From an uncultured Candidatus Rokubacteria bacterium (GTDB lineage Bacteria > Methylomirabilota > Methylomirabilia > Rokubacteriales > CSP1-6): a DNA stretch of 64,000 nt. Positions 42,226 through 52,102 of the stretch are shown here, in pieces. How positions within the stretch are numbered: the first letter of the stretch is position 1; every line of letters starts with the position of its first letter. Location of the stretch: the NCBI GenBank assembly GCA_963747235.1, contig CAVVEU010000013.1, positions 224,001-288,000 of the forward strand, written 5' to 3'. The notes under the pieces were generated by a model that worked only from the letters and a program-made list of their open reading frames with translations, ran no database searches and had not been told where the DNA came from. The translations under genes were made by a program, and so were the position numbers.

Positions 42226-45200
42226 GGCTCGCCGCCTTCGCGCTCGAGGAGCGCCACCGGGAAGTGGGCGAACAGGGCGGGCAGCGGCAGCACCGCGGCG
42301 CCGTCGTGCCACTCGCTGGCCACCGTGAGGCCGGTGAAGCGGTCGCGGTAGACACCGGCCAGCCGGTCGTCGCCGAGCGCCACCCACGTGTGCTCCCACG
42401 CGGCGTCGCCCAGCGCGAAGCGTCCGGTGAGACCGGCGAGGCGCGCGGTCAGGCGCGGCACCGCCGCGATCACCGCGTCGGGCCCGTCCACCCGCGCCAG
42501 CGCCACCACGTGCTCGGCGTGGCGGCCGCCCGGAGCGAGCCCGCGGTATTCCCCGGCGGCGAAGAGGCGGGCGCGCTGCCGCCGCAGGGTGAGCGCGCGG
42601 TGGGTGAGGTAGAGCTTCACGCGTCCGTCGCGCCAGTGCTCGAGGAGCTCGGCGCAGAGGGCGCTCAGGTCCGGTGGGCCCGCGTCCTCGTCGGGGATGC
42701 GGGCGCGCAGCGCGTCGAGCAGCGCCTGCCGGCGGGCGAAGTCCACGGGCCGGCGGTTGTCGGGATCCACGAGCGAGAGCTCCCAGAGCTCGGTGCCCTG
42801 GTAGAAGTCGGGAATCCCCGGGGCGACGATCTTGAGCAGGGTCTGCGCGAGCGAGTTGACCGCGCCGTGGGCCGCGACCAGGCGCTGGAACGGCCGGAAG
42901 GCGGAGAGAAAGGCACCGCCGGGCGCGAGCAGGCCGGTCACGAACCCGCGCGTCGCCGCGTCGTAGCCGGCGCTCGGGTTCACCCAGCTCGTGTGGCGCT
43001 TGGCCTCCTTGGTGGCCTTCTCCATGTAGGCGGCCAGGCGCTCGGTCAGCGTCGTCGATCGGCTCGTCGGCGTCCAGGGTGGGCCAGGCGCCCACCAGGG
43101 TCTGGTAGAAGCAGGTACTCGTCGTTGGCGTCGGGCGCCGCCCGGCCGTCCACGTCCACCTTGAAGCGGCGGGCGAGGGCCCGCCAGCGCCGGACCTCGG
43201 CGGCCCACGCGGCGGGCACCTCGGAGAGCACGTTGATGCGCGCGCGCACGTCCTCGCCGCGCTTGGTGTCGTGGGTCGCGGTGGCGACGAGGGACTCGGG
43301 CCACCGGGCCAGGCGCGCCGCGTTCTTGTCGTGGAAGACGGCGGGCGACTCGCCGTAGCGCGCGGGATCGCCGCCGACCTCGTTGAGCGAGACGAGGCGG
43401 TTGTAGACGTAGAACGCGGTGTCCTCGACGCCCTTGGCGGTGACCGGCCCGGTCGTCTGCTGGAAGCGCATCGCGAAGTGCCGGCGGGCGGCCAGCTCGG
43501 CGGGATCGGGGCGGGCCGGGTTCCGCACCAGGAGCACGTCGCGGACGAAGTCGAAGATGGAGACGTTCACGGTGGGATTGCGGCGCTTGGCCTCGGCCAC
43601 CGCCTCCTCGATGTAGCGCACGATCGCGGACGCTCGGATCGCGCCCGTCGTCGCCCACGTAGGTGCGGTAGACGGAGAACGCGGCCACCAGCTCGCGGAT
43701 CACGCGGACGAGGCTGTAGAGGGTGAAGTCGCGCGAGAGGCGATTGCGCTCCGACATGGAATCGAGGTGATGGCCGAGCTGGTTGATCTCGCTCGCCATC
43801 GAGACCTGCATGATGAGGCGCTTGGCGGTGTAGGTGTGATCGGCCAGGAGGCCGCCCGCCCCGGCCAGCCGCGCGTACAACGTGGTCATCTGTCTGGAAG
43901 TCCCGCGGTCCACGAAGAGCCCGTTGACCGAGGCCAGGAAGTCGTAGCCGGTGGTGCCCGCCACCGCCCACCAGTCGGGCAGGGGCTCGCCCGGGCTCAG
44001 GATCTTCTCGGCCGCGATCCAGAGCGGTCGGGCGTCCGCCGCGGCCGGCTGCTCGAGGGCGCGGGCGCGGTAGAGGGCGCCGAGCGCTTCCGCCTCCGCG
44101 GGCCCCAGCTCGGGCACCAGGCGCCGCGCGGTGGCCACCAGCGCGCCTTCCTGGAGCCGGCGGAAGTACTCCCCGGCGCGTAGAGCCCGTCGGGATGGTC
44201 CACGCGCAGCGCGGTGACCTTGCCCTCGCCGACGAGCCGGAAGACGAGCTCGTGGGCGGCGTCGAACACGAAGCGCTCCTCCATGCGGATCGCGGCCAGG
44301 TGGCTCACGTCGAAGAAGCGGCGGTAGTTCACCTCGTCGCCCGCCACGCGCCAGTCGGCCAGGCGGTAGGTCTGGGCCGAGAGCAGGCGATCGAGGGCGT
44401 CGAAGCTCGCCGGTTCCCCCGGGGTGCCGTTCACGACGCGCACCGTCTCCTCGACGTGCTCGCGAATGTCCACCGACTCCTTGGTGAGCACGGCGAGGCG
44501 TCGCTTGACGACCTCCTTCTCGCGCAGCCGCTCCTCGAGGCGCGCGGGATCGGTCTCGGTGCGCCCGGGGAGGTGCTCGAGCGACGTCAGGATGCTGCGC
44601 AGCTCCTGGAGCCCCGCGTCCTCCGGCCCGAGGCGGCCCGCGAGCACGTCGAGGCGGTCGGTCAGGATCTGCGCGTAGGTGTCGGGGGCGATGGGCAGGC
44701 GCGCCCCCGCGTAGCGCAGGTGGAAGGCGCCGTCCGCGAACTCGAGCTGGAGCTGCTGCGACTCGAGCGCGCGGCCGTACTGATCCGGCAGGACGGGCAG
44801 GAGCACGCGATCGCGCAGCTCGGGCTTGATCGGCGTCCAGTCGATGTCGAAGAAGCCGGCGCGGGGGGAGGCCTGGCCGTTCTCCAGCACGTCCAGCCAC
44901 CACGGATTGGCGTCGCCCGCGATGCCCATGTGATTGGGCACCACGTCGAGGATCAGGCCGAGGCCGCGCGCGGCGAGCGAGGCGGCCAGGCGGTCGAAGG
45001 CGGCCGCCCCGCCGATCTCGGGGTTGAACGCGTTGTGATCGGTGACGTCGTAGCCGTGCGAGCTGCCGGGCCCGCAGCGGAAGCAGGGGGAGAGGTAGGC
45101 GTCGCTCACCCCGAGCGCGTCGAGGTAGGGGCCGAGCGCGGCCACCGCGTCGAAGCCGAGCGTGCTCCCGAGCTGCAGGCGATACGTGGCGTGACGCGCT

Positions 45201-45250
45201 CGGCGCAACGCGGCCGCCGCCTGCTGGAAGAGGACGCCGACATCGATCAT
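42222..45250 (-). CDS. treY: Malto-oligosyltrehalose synthase (indels near 44175, 43620, 43110, 43050)
   Basis: ATYRLQ, GSSHGYDV, DVVPNHM, NYRRFFD, LRVDHPDGL, AKGVEDT, THDTKRGED, LVDPDNRRPVD across frames. Confidence 0.92.
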
Positions 45251-45253
45251 GCG

Positions 45254-45958
45254 CTAGAGGTGGGTCAGGGTCTCCCGCGGATGGGGCTCGCGGTTGCGCA
45301 GGTGCCGCTCGAGGATCTGGCGCGCCAGCGCGCGACCCCCGAGGCCGAAGGCCAGCGCCAGGGCGAAGATCAGGCCGCCGAAGGTGATGCCGAAGGCGAC
45401 CAGCACCATCTCCTTGCCGATGCCCAGGTGGGTGATCGCGGTGGCGCTCGCGAACAGCAGCACGCCCCAGCGGATCGCGCGGGCGAGCAGGCGCGCCTCC
45501 GGGAGGCGCGCATTCACCGCCGCGATCAGCGCGCCCTCGCCCAGGAAGTTGGCCACGAGCCAGCCGACGAGAAGGATCAGGGCCGCGCCCATCACCCGCG
45601 GCACCCACGAGAACATGAACTCGGTGAGGCGCCCGGTGCCGGGAATCGCGAGGGCATCGATGGCCATGGACAGGAAGAGGACGAGGATGCTCCAGAAGAC
45701 GACGAGCCCCAGCACCTGCGACGGGGGTCGTCGGACGCCCGCACGGCTGAGCTGCGAGACGATGCCCCAGCTCTCCGCGCGCCGGTCGAAGGCGACCGCC
45801 TGCGCCACGCGCCGGGTCAGCCGCGCGGCGATCCACGCCCCGGCCAGGCCGACGACGGCCAGGGTCAGCATCGCGAGGATGCCGGGCATCACGAGGACCA
45901 GCCTGGTCTTCAGATCCGCGAGTGCGGCCCACACGAGATCACCCCACATGTCCGTCAT
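45254..45958 (-). CDS. MscS-type TM-helix repeat membrane protein without cytoplasmic channel domain
   Basis: WVPRVMGAALILLVGWLVA repeat and ALALAFGLGGR; AAGGAGG RBS. Confidence 0.75.
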   Translation of the reverse strand: MTDMWGDLVWAALADLKTRLVLVMPGILAMLTLAVVGLAGAWIAARLTRRVAQAVAFDRRAESWGIVSQLSRAGVRRPPSQVLGLVVFWSILVLFLSMAIDALAIPGTGRLTEFMFSWVPRVMGAALILLVGWLVANFLGEGALIAAVNARLPEARLLARAIRWGVLLFASATAITHLGIGKEMVLVAFGITFGGLIFALALAFGLGGRALARQILERHLRNREPHPRETLTHL

Positions 45959-46021
45959 GTTCCGCGCCTCCTTCCGTCCGTTGCGGTGCGGGAATGTCTC
46001 ACGGTATCACGCGTGGAAGGC

Positions 46022-46037
46022 CGCAGAAAGGCTGCCG
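46022..46037 (-). promoter_or_regulatory. Possible sigma-54 promoter for mscS-like/treY/treZ
   Basis: CGGCAGCCTTTCTGCG (GG-N10-GC, weaker consensus). Confidence 0.45.
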
Positions 46038-46076
46038 GGCGTGGACGGCGCGCCGCCACGTCGGGGTTACCGGCCT

Positions 46077-46091
46077 CGGTAACGTTTACCG
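46077..46091. promoter_or_regulatory. Candidate enhancer (UAS) palindrome
   Basis: Perfect CGGTAA-CGT-TTACCG about 100 bp upstream of the promoter at 46188; second half-site TTACC at 46067-46071. Confidence 0.55.
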
Positions 46092-46187
46092 ATCCCTCGC
46101 GTGTCCGCTGGAGCCCGCGGCGCGAGGCCGCGCAATCGGGCCCGCGGTTTTTCGAGTGCTTAGCCCCGGCGGCTCGCGAACGGCTCG

Positions 46188-46203
46188 TGGCACAAGGCTT
46201 GCC
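46188..46203 (+). promoter_or_regulatory. Sigma-54 promoter for psiE-like/DUF296 genes
   Basis: TGGCACAAGGCTTGCC. Confidence 0.8.
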
Positions 46204-46262
46204 GATGCCACGGAGCGCCATGTGGCTCGTCGGTGTGCCGACGGGGCGATGGTGAGGCGCCG

Positions 46263-46753
46263 ATGAGTCCCACGGGTCGGGCGCGGCCGGCCGTGCGCGA
46301 GCGCATCGCGCCAGGGGTTCACCCAGGTCGAGGACGTGCTCTACGTGGGGATCGGGGTGATGCTGGCGGCGGGCGCGGTGGGGCTACTCGCTCAACGCGG
46401 GGGTGACGTTCGCGCGCAGCATCGGGGCCGGGGCGATCGGGGGCAGCATCGTGGGGCTGCTGGACCAGCTCCTGCTGATCCTCATGATGATCGAGATCCT
46501 GTACACGGTGCAGGTCTCGTTCCGGGAGCACGTGCTGGTGCCGGAGCCCTTCGTGCTGGTGGCCATGATCGCGGCGGTGCGGCGGATCCTGGTGCTCACC
46601 GCGGAGTTCGGCAAGCTCATGGAGCAGGGCGACCCGGTCTTCCGCTACGCGATGATCGAGCTCGGGCTGCTCACCGTGATGACCGGGGTCATGGTGGCCT
46701 GTCTGGTGGGGCTGCGAAAGCGCGACAAGGCGGTGGTGGCCGAGCGGGCCTGA
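46263..46753 (+). CDS. PsiE-family membrane protein (indels near 46310 and 46395)
   Basis: LLLILMMIEILYTV...EPFVLVAMIAAVRRILV motif. Confidence 0.8.
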
Positions 46754-46777
46754 GATGACTCACGAGAGGAGCGGGAC

Positions 46778-47240
46778 ATGAAGATCCAGCAGCTCGACGA
46801 GGTCGAGGGGCGGCGGACGTTCGTGATGGTGTGCGACCGGGGCGACGATCCGGTGGAGGCCCTGACCGCGGCCGCCAAGCGCTTCGATCTCTCCGGTGCC
46901 TCGCTGACCGGGATCGGAGCCTTCTCGGGGGTGACGCTCGGATTCTTCGACCGGGCCCGGCGCGACTATGCTCGCCGGGTCATCCGGGAGCAGGTCGAGG
47001 TGGTCTCGCTGCTCGGCAACGTCGCGCTCGACGGCGGCGAGCCGCGGGTGCACGTCCACGTGGTGGTCGCCCGGTACGACGGGAGCGCCCTCGGGGGCCA
47101 CCTCCTGGGCGGCACCGTGGACCCCACGCTGGAGGTCATGCATCGTCGAGTCGCCCAAGACCCTTCGCCGAAAGACCGACCCGGCCACCGGGTTGGCTCT
47201 TCTCGACGTCGGACTGGAGTCGGTCGTAGTTACACGGTAA
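46778..47240 (+). CDS. PPC/DUF296 domain protein (indel near 47140)
   Basis: TGIGA, EVVSLLGN, HVHVVV, GGHL, PTLEV motifs; GAGGAG RBS. Confidence 0.88.
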
Positions 47241-47371
47241 TATCTTCCCGACGCTGGGTCTCGGCCCGGCAACTCTAGGCTCTAGTGGATGTTGAGCTGT
47301 ACGCCGTAACCATCAGTGGGATTTACCGTTGTATCAGTTTTGCCGATCGGGGTCCTCCCGGTGGTCTTCGA

Positions 47372-47387
47372 GGGCATATCGCTTGCA
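47372..47387 (+). promoter_or_regulatory. Sigma-54 promoter upstream of the bEBP gene
   Basis: GGGCATATCGCTTGCA. Confidence 0.7.
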
Positions 47388-47459
47388 GCCTAGGCCGCGA
47401 CGACCAAGCCGCTACCGTGAACCTTGAACCCTCGCGCGCTTCCCGAAAAGGGGATGACC

Positions 47460-48831
<1,372 letters not shown>

Positions 48832-48841
48832 GGCAGGACCA

Positions 48842-48875
48842 GGGCGGCGGCGGTCGAATCGTCGCCGCCCTTTTC
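48842..48875 (+). terminator. Intrinsic terminator after the bEBP gene
   Basis: GGGCGGCGGCGGT-CGA-ATCGTCGCCGCCC stem followed by TTTT. Confidence 0.7.
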
Positions 48876-48924
48876 ATGCGTACGTGACGGCGGCGGTGGG
48901 CCCTTCGGGCGGAGCAGGGAGAGA

Positions 48925-49734
48925 CTAGCGGCGGCGCTCGCCGGCGCGCGGCTGGGCGCCGATCCACACCACCCAGGGGCGGCTGGAGGAGGACTCCTGT
49001 CGGATCTCGACGGGATATCCCTGCTGCTGGATGCTGCTGGCCAGGCGACTGGCCGCTTCACGGTCCGCGAAGGCGGCCGCGGGGGTCCACTCGCGCCCGG
49101 GTTTCCGCTCGGGCGTGGTGTTCAGGACGGCGGCCTGGGGCTGTCGGGGCGACTCAACCGGGCGCCCCGCACGGAGCTCGGGCGCCGGGATGATGGCCGT
49201 TCGCGGTTGCGCCGGCGGCAGGGTCGGGCCCGTCGGCTCGATGGCGGGCGTCGGCAGGTCCGCCACGCTCGGCGCCCGAAACGGCTCACGTGGATCGGTC
49301 GGCCGGACCACGTCCCGGGGATCACCCGGTTTGGCGGACGGCGGGTCGAATACGCGCGGCGCGACGAACGGATCGCGAAGCGACTCGGAGATCGGCGGCG
49401 GCATTCCCTGTGTCCCGTCCGACATGAGCGCGGCGGCGGGCAGCGCCGGCGCGGCGGTCTGGAGCACGCCCCCTACCACGTAGCTCAGGCTGAAGAAGAT
49501 GGCCAGAAACGTGGGGACGAAGGTGGCGGCGGCGATCAGGGGCCCGGGCACCGCGGCCAGGAGCCTCAGGCCAGGGTGCTCGTCCTGCCTGTTGTCGCCC
49601 TGGTCGGCCTCCTCGTCGACCTCGACTCCGTCCTCGGGGAAGACATCCTCGGTGGAGTTGAGGTCCGACGGCTCGGGCCGGGGCTCGTCCTGGATCTCGT
49701 CGTCGGCTTCGTGCTTCTTCAATCGGAGTAGCAT
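48925..49734 (-). CDS. Bitopic SPOR-domain protein
   Basis: Acidic N-terminus, TM segment, Pro-rich linker, C-terminal AAFADREAASRLASSIQQQGY...WVVWIG. Confidence 0.7.
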   Translation of the reverse strand: MLLRLKKHEADDEIQDEPRPEPSDLNSTEDVFPEDGVEVDEEADQGDNRQDEHPGLRLLAAVPGPLIAAATFVPTFLAIFFSLSYVVGGVLQTAAPALPAAALMSDGTQGMPPPISESLRDPFVAPRVFDPPSAKPGDPRDVVRPTDPREPFRAPSVADLPTPAIEPTGPTLPPAQPRTAIIPAPELRAGRPVESPRQPQAAVLNTTPERKPGREWTPAAAFADREAASRLASSIQQQGYPVEIRQESSSSRPWVVWIGAQPRAGERRR

Positions 49735-49747
49735 GCTCTGACTGGCG

Positions 49748-49763
49748 AGCAAGTGACGTGCCA
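49748..49763 (-). promoter_or_regulatory. Sigma-54 promoter for the SPOR gene
   Basis: TGGCACGTCACTTGCT. Confidence 0.8.
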
Positions 49764-49886
49764 CCGCGGTCGTCGTGCGAGTCGGTCGTTCGTCGTGCGA
49801 ATAGCCGGCGGAGCACGACGTGCCCGGGGAAGGAATTTCCGACACGCGGTCGGGGAGATGTTTCCCGAGCGAGCAACCGATCGCCC

Positions 49887-49902
49887 TGGCACGCGGGTTG
49901 CG
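49887..49902 (+). promoter_or_regulatory. Sigma-54 promoter for the ANTAR gene
   Basis: TGGCACGCGGGTTGCG. Confidence 0.8.
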
Positions 49903-49927
49903 GCGAGGGCGGCTCAGGGAGGTGCTC

Positions 49928-50662
49928 ATGCGATCGATCCGCAGGATGTTCCAGAATGGCCCGCCGCGCTGGCGCGTGGCAATTCTCGAGTCGGATGCCT
50001 CGTCCCGCGCGATGCTGCGCGCGGCGGTGGAGGACGCGGGCGGCGTGGTGGCGGTCGAGGCTCCGCTGCGGCTCGACGCCGTCGTGGTGATGAGGGAAAC
50101 GCGCCCCGACGTCGTGATCATGGCGCCGAGCTTGTCCGGGACGCGCGAGCCGGCGCTGATGCCGCGTATCACCGCCGAGGTGGACTGTCCGGCGGTGCTG
50201 TTCACGCGGGACACCGATCAAACCGTGGTCAAGCAAGCCAATCGCGCCGGTGTGATGGGCTTCATGCTCAAGCCGCTCCGCGCGGCGGAGGTCGGGCCGA
50301 CGCTCGACCTGGCGCTCGCCCGGTTCCGCGAGATCCGGCGGCTGCAGCAGGCGCGCGCCGAGCGCCCGATCGTGGATCAGGCCAAGGGCAAGCTGATGAG
50401 CGACCGGCAGCTCAGCGAGGCGGAGGCGTTCCGCTGGCTGCGGCGCCAGGCGATGGATTCGCGCCAGCGGCTGGGCGACGTCGCGCGGGAGGTGCTGGCG
50501 GGCGAGCCGGGCGCTGCACGCGCTCCCGGAAGGGGCTCGATGACGCGCCGCGCCTGGAAGGCTTTACACGATCGGCCGGGAAATTCCTACTCGGTGGGGA
50601 CAGTTCGCCTTGCGGCCGACAGTGCGGTCATATGGCGGAGCAACTTGAGAGCGACGGCATGA
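49928..50662 (+). CDS. Receiver-like + ANTAR domain antiterminator (true end possibly near 50543)
   Basis: ERPIVDQAKGKLM...LSEAEAFRWLRRQAMD ANTAR motif; GGGAGGTG RBS. Confidence 0.88.
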   Translation: MRSIRRMFQNGPPRWRVAILESDASSRAMLRAAVEDAGGVVAVEAPLRLDAVVVMRETRPDVVIMAPSLSGTREPALMPRITAEVDCPAVLFTRDTDQTVVKQANRAGVMGFMLKPLRAAEVGPTLDLALARFREIRRLQQARAERPIVDQAKGKLMSDRQLSEAEAFRWLRRQAMDSRQRLGDVAREVLAGEPGAARAPGRGSMTRRAWKALHDRPGNSYSVGTVRLAADSAVIWRSNLRATA

Positions 50663-50671
50663 CGATCTGGC

Positions 50672-50687
50672 TGGCATGGGCGATGCA
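50672..50687 (+). promoter_or_regulatory. Sigma-54 promoter for the operon ending in the PBP gene
   Basis: TGGCATGGGCGATGCA. Confidence 0.7.
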
Positions 50688-50714
50688 GTTTCATGCCGCA
50701 TGGAGGTGACAGCT

Positions 50715-51054
50715 ATGGAAATGATCGTGGTGGCGACGATGCTGCTCGTGGTCGTGCTCCTGGGAGTCGCTGTCAAGCTCTACGACCTCAAGCGGAAGCG
50801 TGAGGATGAGGCGATCGCGGCCCAGGCCAGGATCTCCGATGCGTTGCTGATGGACGCGACCCTGGCCGGCCTTGCCGCTGACGCCGACCGCGCATCTGCC
50901 GCTCTGGAAGGGCTCGCCGCTCGTCGTCGAGCTCACCGGCGCCGTGCCCAGGGCCGAGCTGCGAGAGGCCGCCGTGGACGTGGCCAGGCGGGAGATGGGT
51001 CGTAGCCGGTCCGACTTTCGGATCGAGGACCGGATCGCGGTCCGCGCGGCCTAG
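50715..51054 (+). CDS. Small membrane-anchored protein with BON-like domain (indel near 50872)
   Basis: N-terminal TM, ARISDALL.D, VELTGAVP...LREAA, IEDRIAV; GGAGGTG RBS. Confidence 0.55.
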
Positions 51055-51057
51055 CGC

Positions 51058-51690
51058 ATGCGCGTCTCGTATCTGATTCCGCCCTGTCTGATCTCAGTGG
51101 TCCTGGTGGGGCTCGCGGTCCTGGCCCCGGCGCCCGCGCGCGCCGGGGCCCCGACCGACCAGCTCAAGGCCTCGGTCGACCAGATCGTCAAGGTCCTGGA
51201 GGATCCGTCTCTCAAGCCGGAGGCCCGGGGCCGGGAGCGTCGGGCCGCCATCCGCAAGGAGGCCGAGGGCGTCTTCGACTTCACCGAGACGGCCAAGCGC
51301 GCCCTGGGCCGGCACTGGCAGGGACTGGCCGAGAAGGATCGGCAGGAGTTCACCGCGCTCTTCACCGATCTCATCGAGCGGGCCTACATCTCGAAGATCG
51401 AGCGGTACAGCGGGGAGCGCATCGCGTACGCGGGCGAGGCGGTGGACGGCGGCCTCGCGACGGTGCGAACGCGGTTCGTGACCAAGCAGGGCACCGAGGT
51501 CCCGGTGGACTATCGTATGCAGCAGCGGGGCGAGCGGTGGCTCGTGTACGATGTGGCTGTCGAGGGCGTGAGCTTGATCAACAACTACCGGACCCAGTTC
51601 GACAAGATCATCCAGACCTCCTCGTATGCCGAGCTGGTCCGGAAGATGAAGGCGGCCGAGTTCGCCCAGCCGGCCTCCCCGCGGTCGTGA
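51058..51690 (+). CDS. MlaC/Ttg2D phospholipid-binding periplasmic protein
   Basis: FDF...KRALGRHW, VDYRM, WLVYDVAVEGVSLINNYRTQF motifs. Confidence 0.9.
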   Translation: MRVSYLIPPCLISVVLVGLAVLAPAPARAGAPTDQLKASVDQIVKVLEDPSLKPEARGRERRAAIRKEAEGVFDFTETAKRALGRHWQGLAEKDRQEFTALFTDLIERAYISKIERYSGERIAYAGEAVDGGLATVRTRFVTKQGTEVPVDYRMQQRGERWLVYDVAVEGVSLINNYRTQFDKIIQTSSYAELVRKMKAAEFAQPASPRS

Positions 51691-52083
51691 GCGCGCGCGT
51701 GTCGCGAGCCGGGCTCGGCCGGCTGCTGGCCGGGGTCGCCGTCGCTGCTGGCCCTCGCGCTGGTGGGAATGGGCGTGGCCCCGGCGGGGGAGCGTCGCGC
51801 CGGCTCGGTCCTCGCGGTGGATCCCCAGGCGCGCACCCTGACCCTCGACGAGTTCGGCGCCAATGCCGAGCGGCGCGCCCTGCGGGTGCAGGTCCCGCGC
51901 GAGGCGGTGGTGCTGCTGTCGCAGCGCAACCAGGCCGGCCGCGACGTGAAGGACAGCTTCCGGGACAGCACGATCACCCTCGCCGACGTGCGCGTGGGCG
52001 ACTTCGTGGTGCTCGAGATGTCGGACGACCCGGAGGTGGCCCGGCTGGTGATGATCACCCTGCGGAGGGGTGCCGGGTCCTAG
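51687..52083 (+). CDS. Hypothetical exported small beta-rich (OB-fold-like) protein (indel near 51745)
   Basis: GSVLAVDPQARTLTL...ITLADVRVGDFVVL; signal-like N-terminus in another frame. Confidence 0.55.
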
Positions 52084-52102
52084 TGCGAGGGGAGGCCGCC
52101 TG

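Noticed and set aside
42222-45250. Programmed frameshifting or pseudogene status for treY and other split genes
   Set aside because: No consistent slippery motifs, catalytic motifs intact, and indels are scattered across unrelated genes.
46112-46152. GC hairpin plus T-run as an ANTAR target or attenuator
   Set aside because: It lies upstream of the sigma-54 promoter and I could not identify two tandem hexaloop hairpins.
50543-50662. C-terminal extension of the ANTAR protein as a real domain
   Set aside because: It runs through a lower-GC stretch that looks regulatory and contains UAS-like sites. A TGA at 50541 in another frame suggests an indel read-through.
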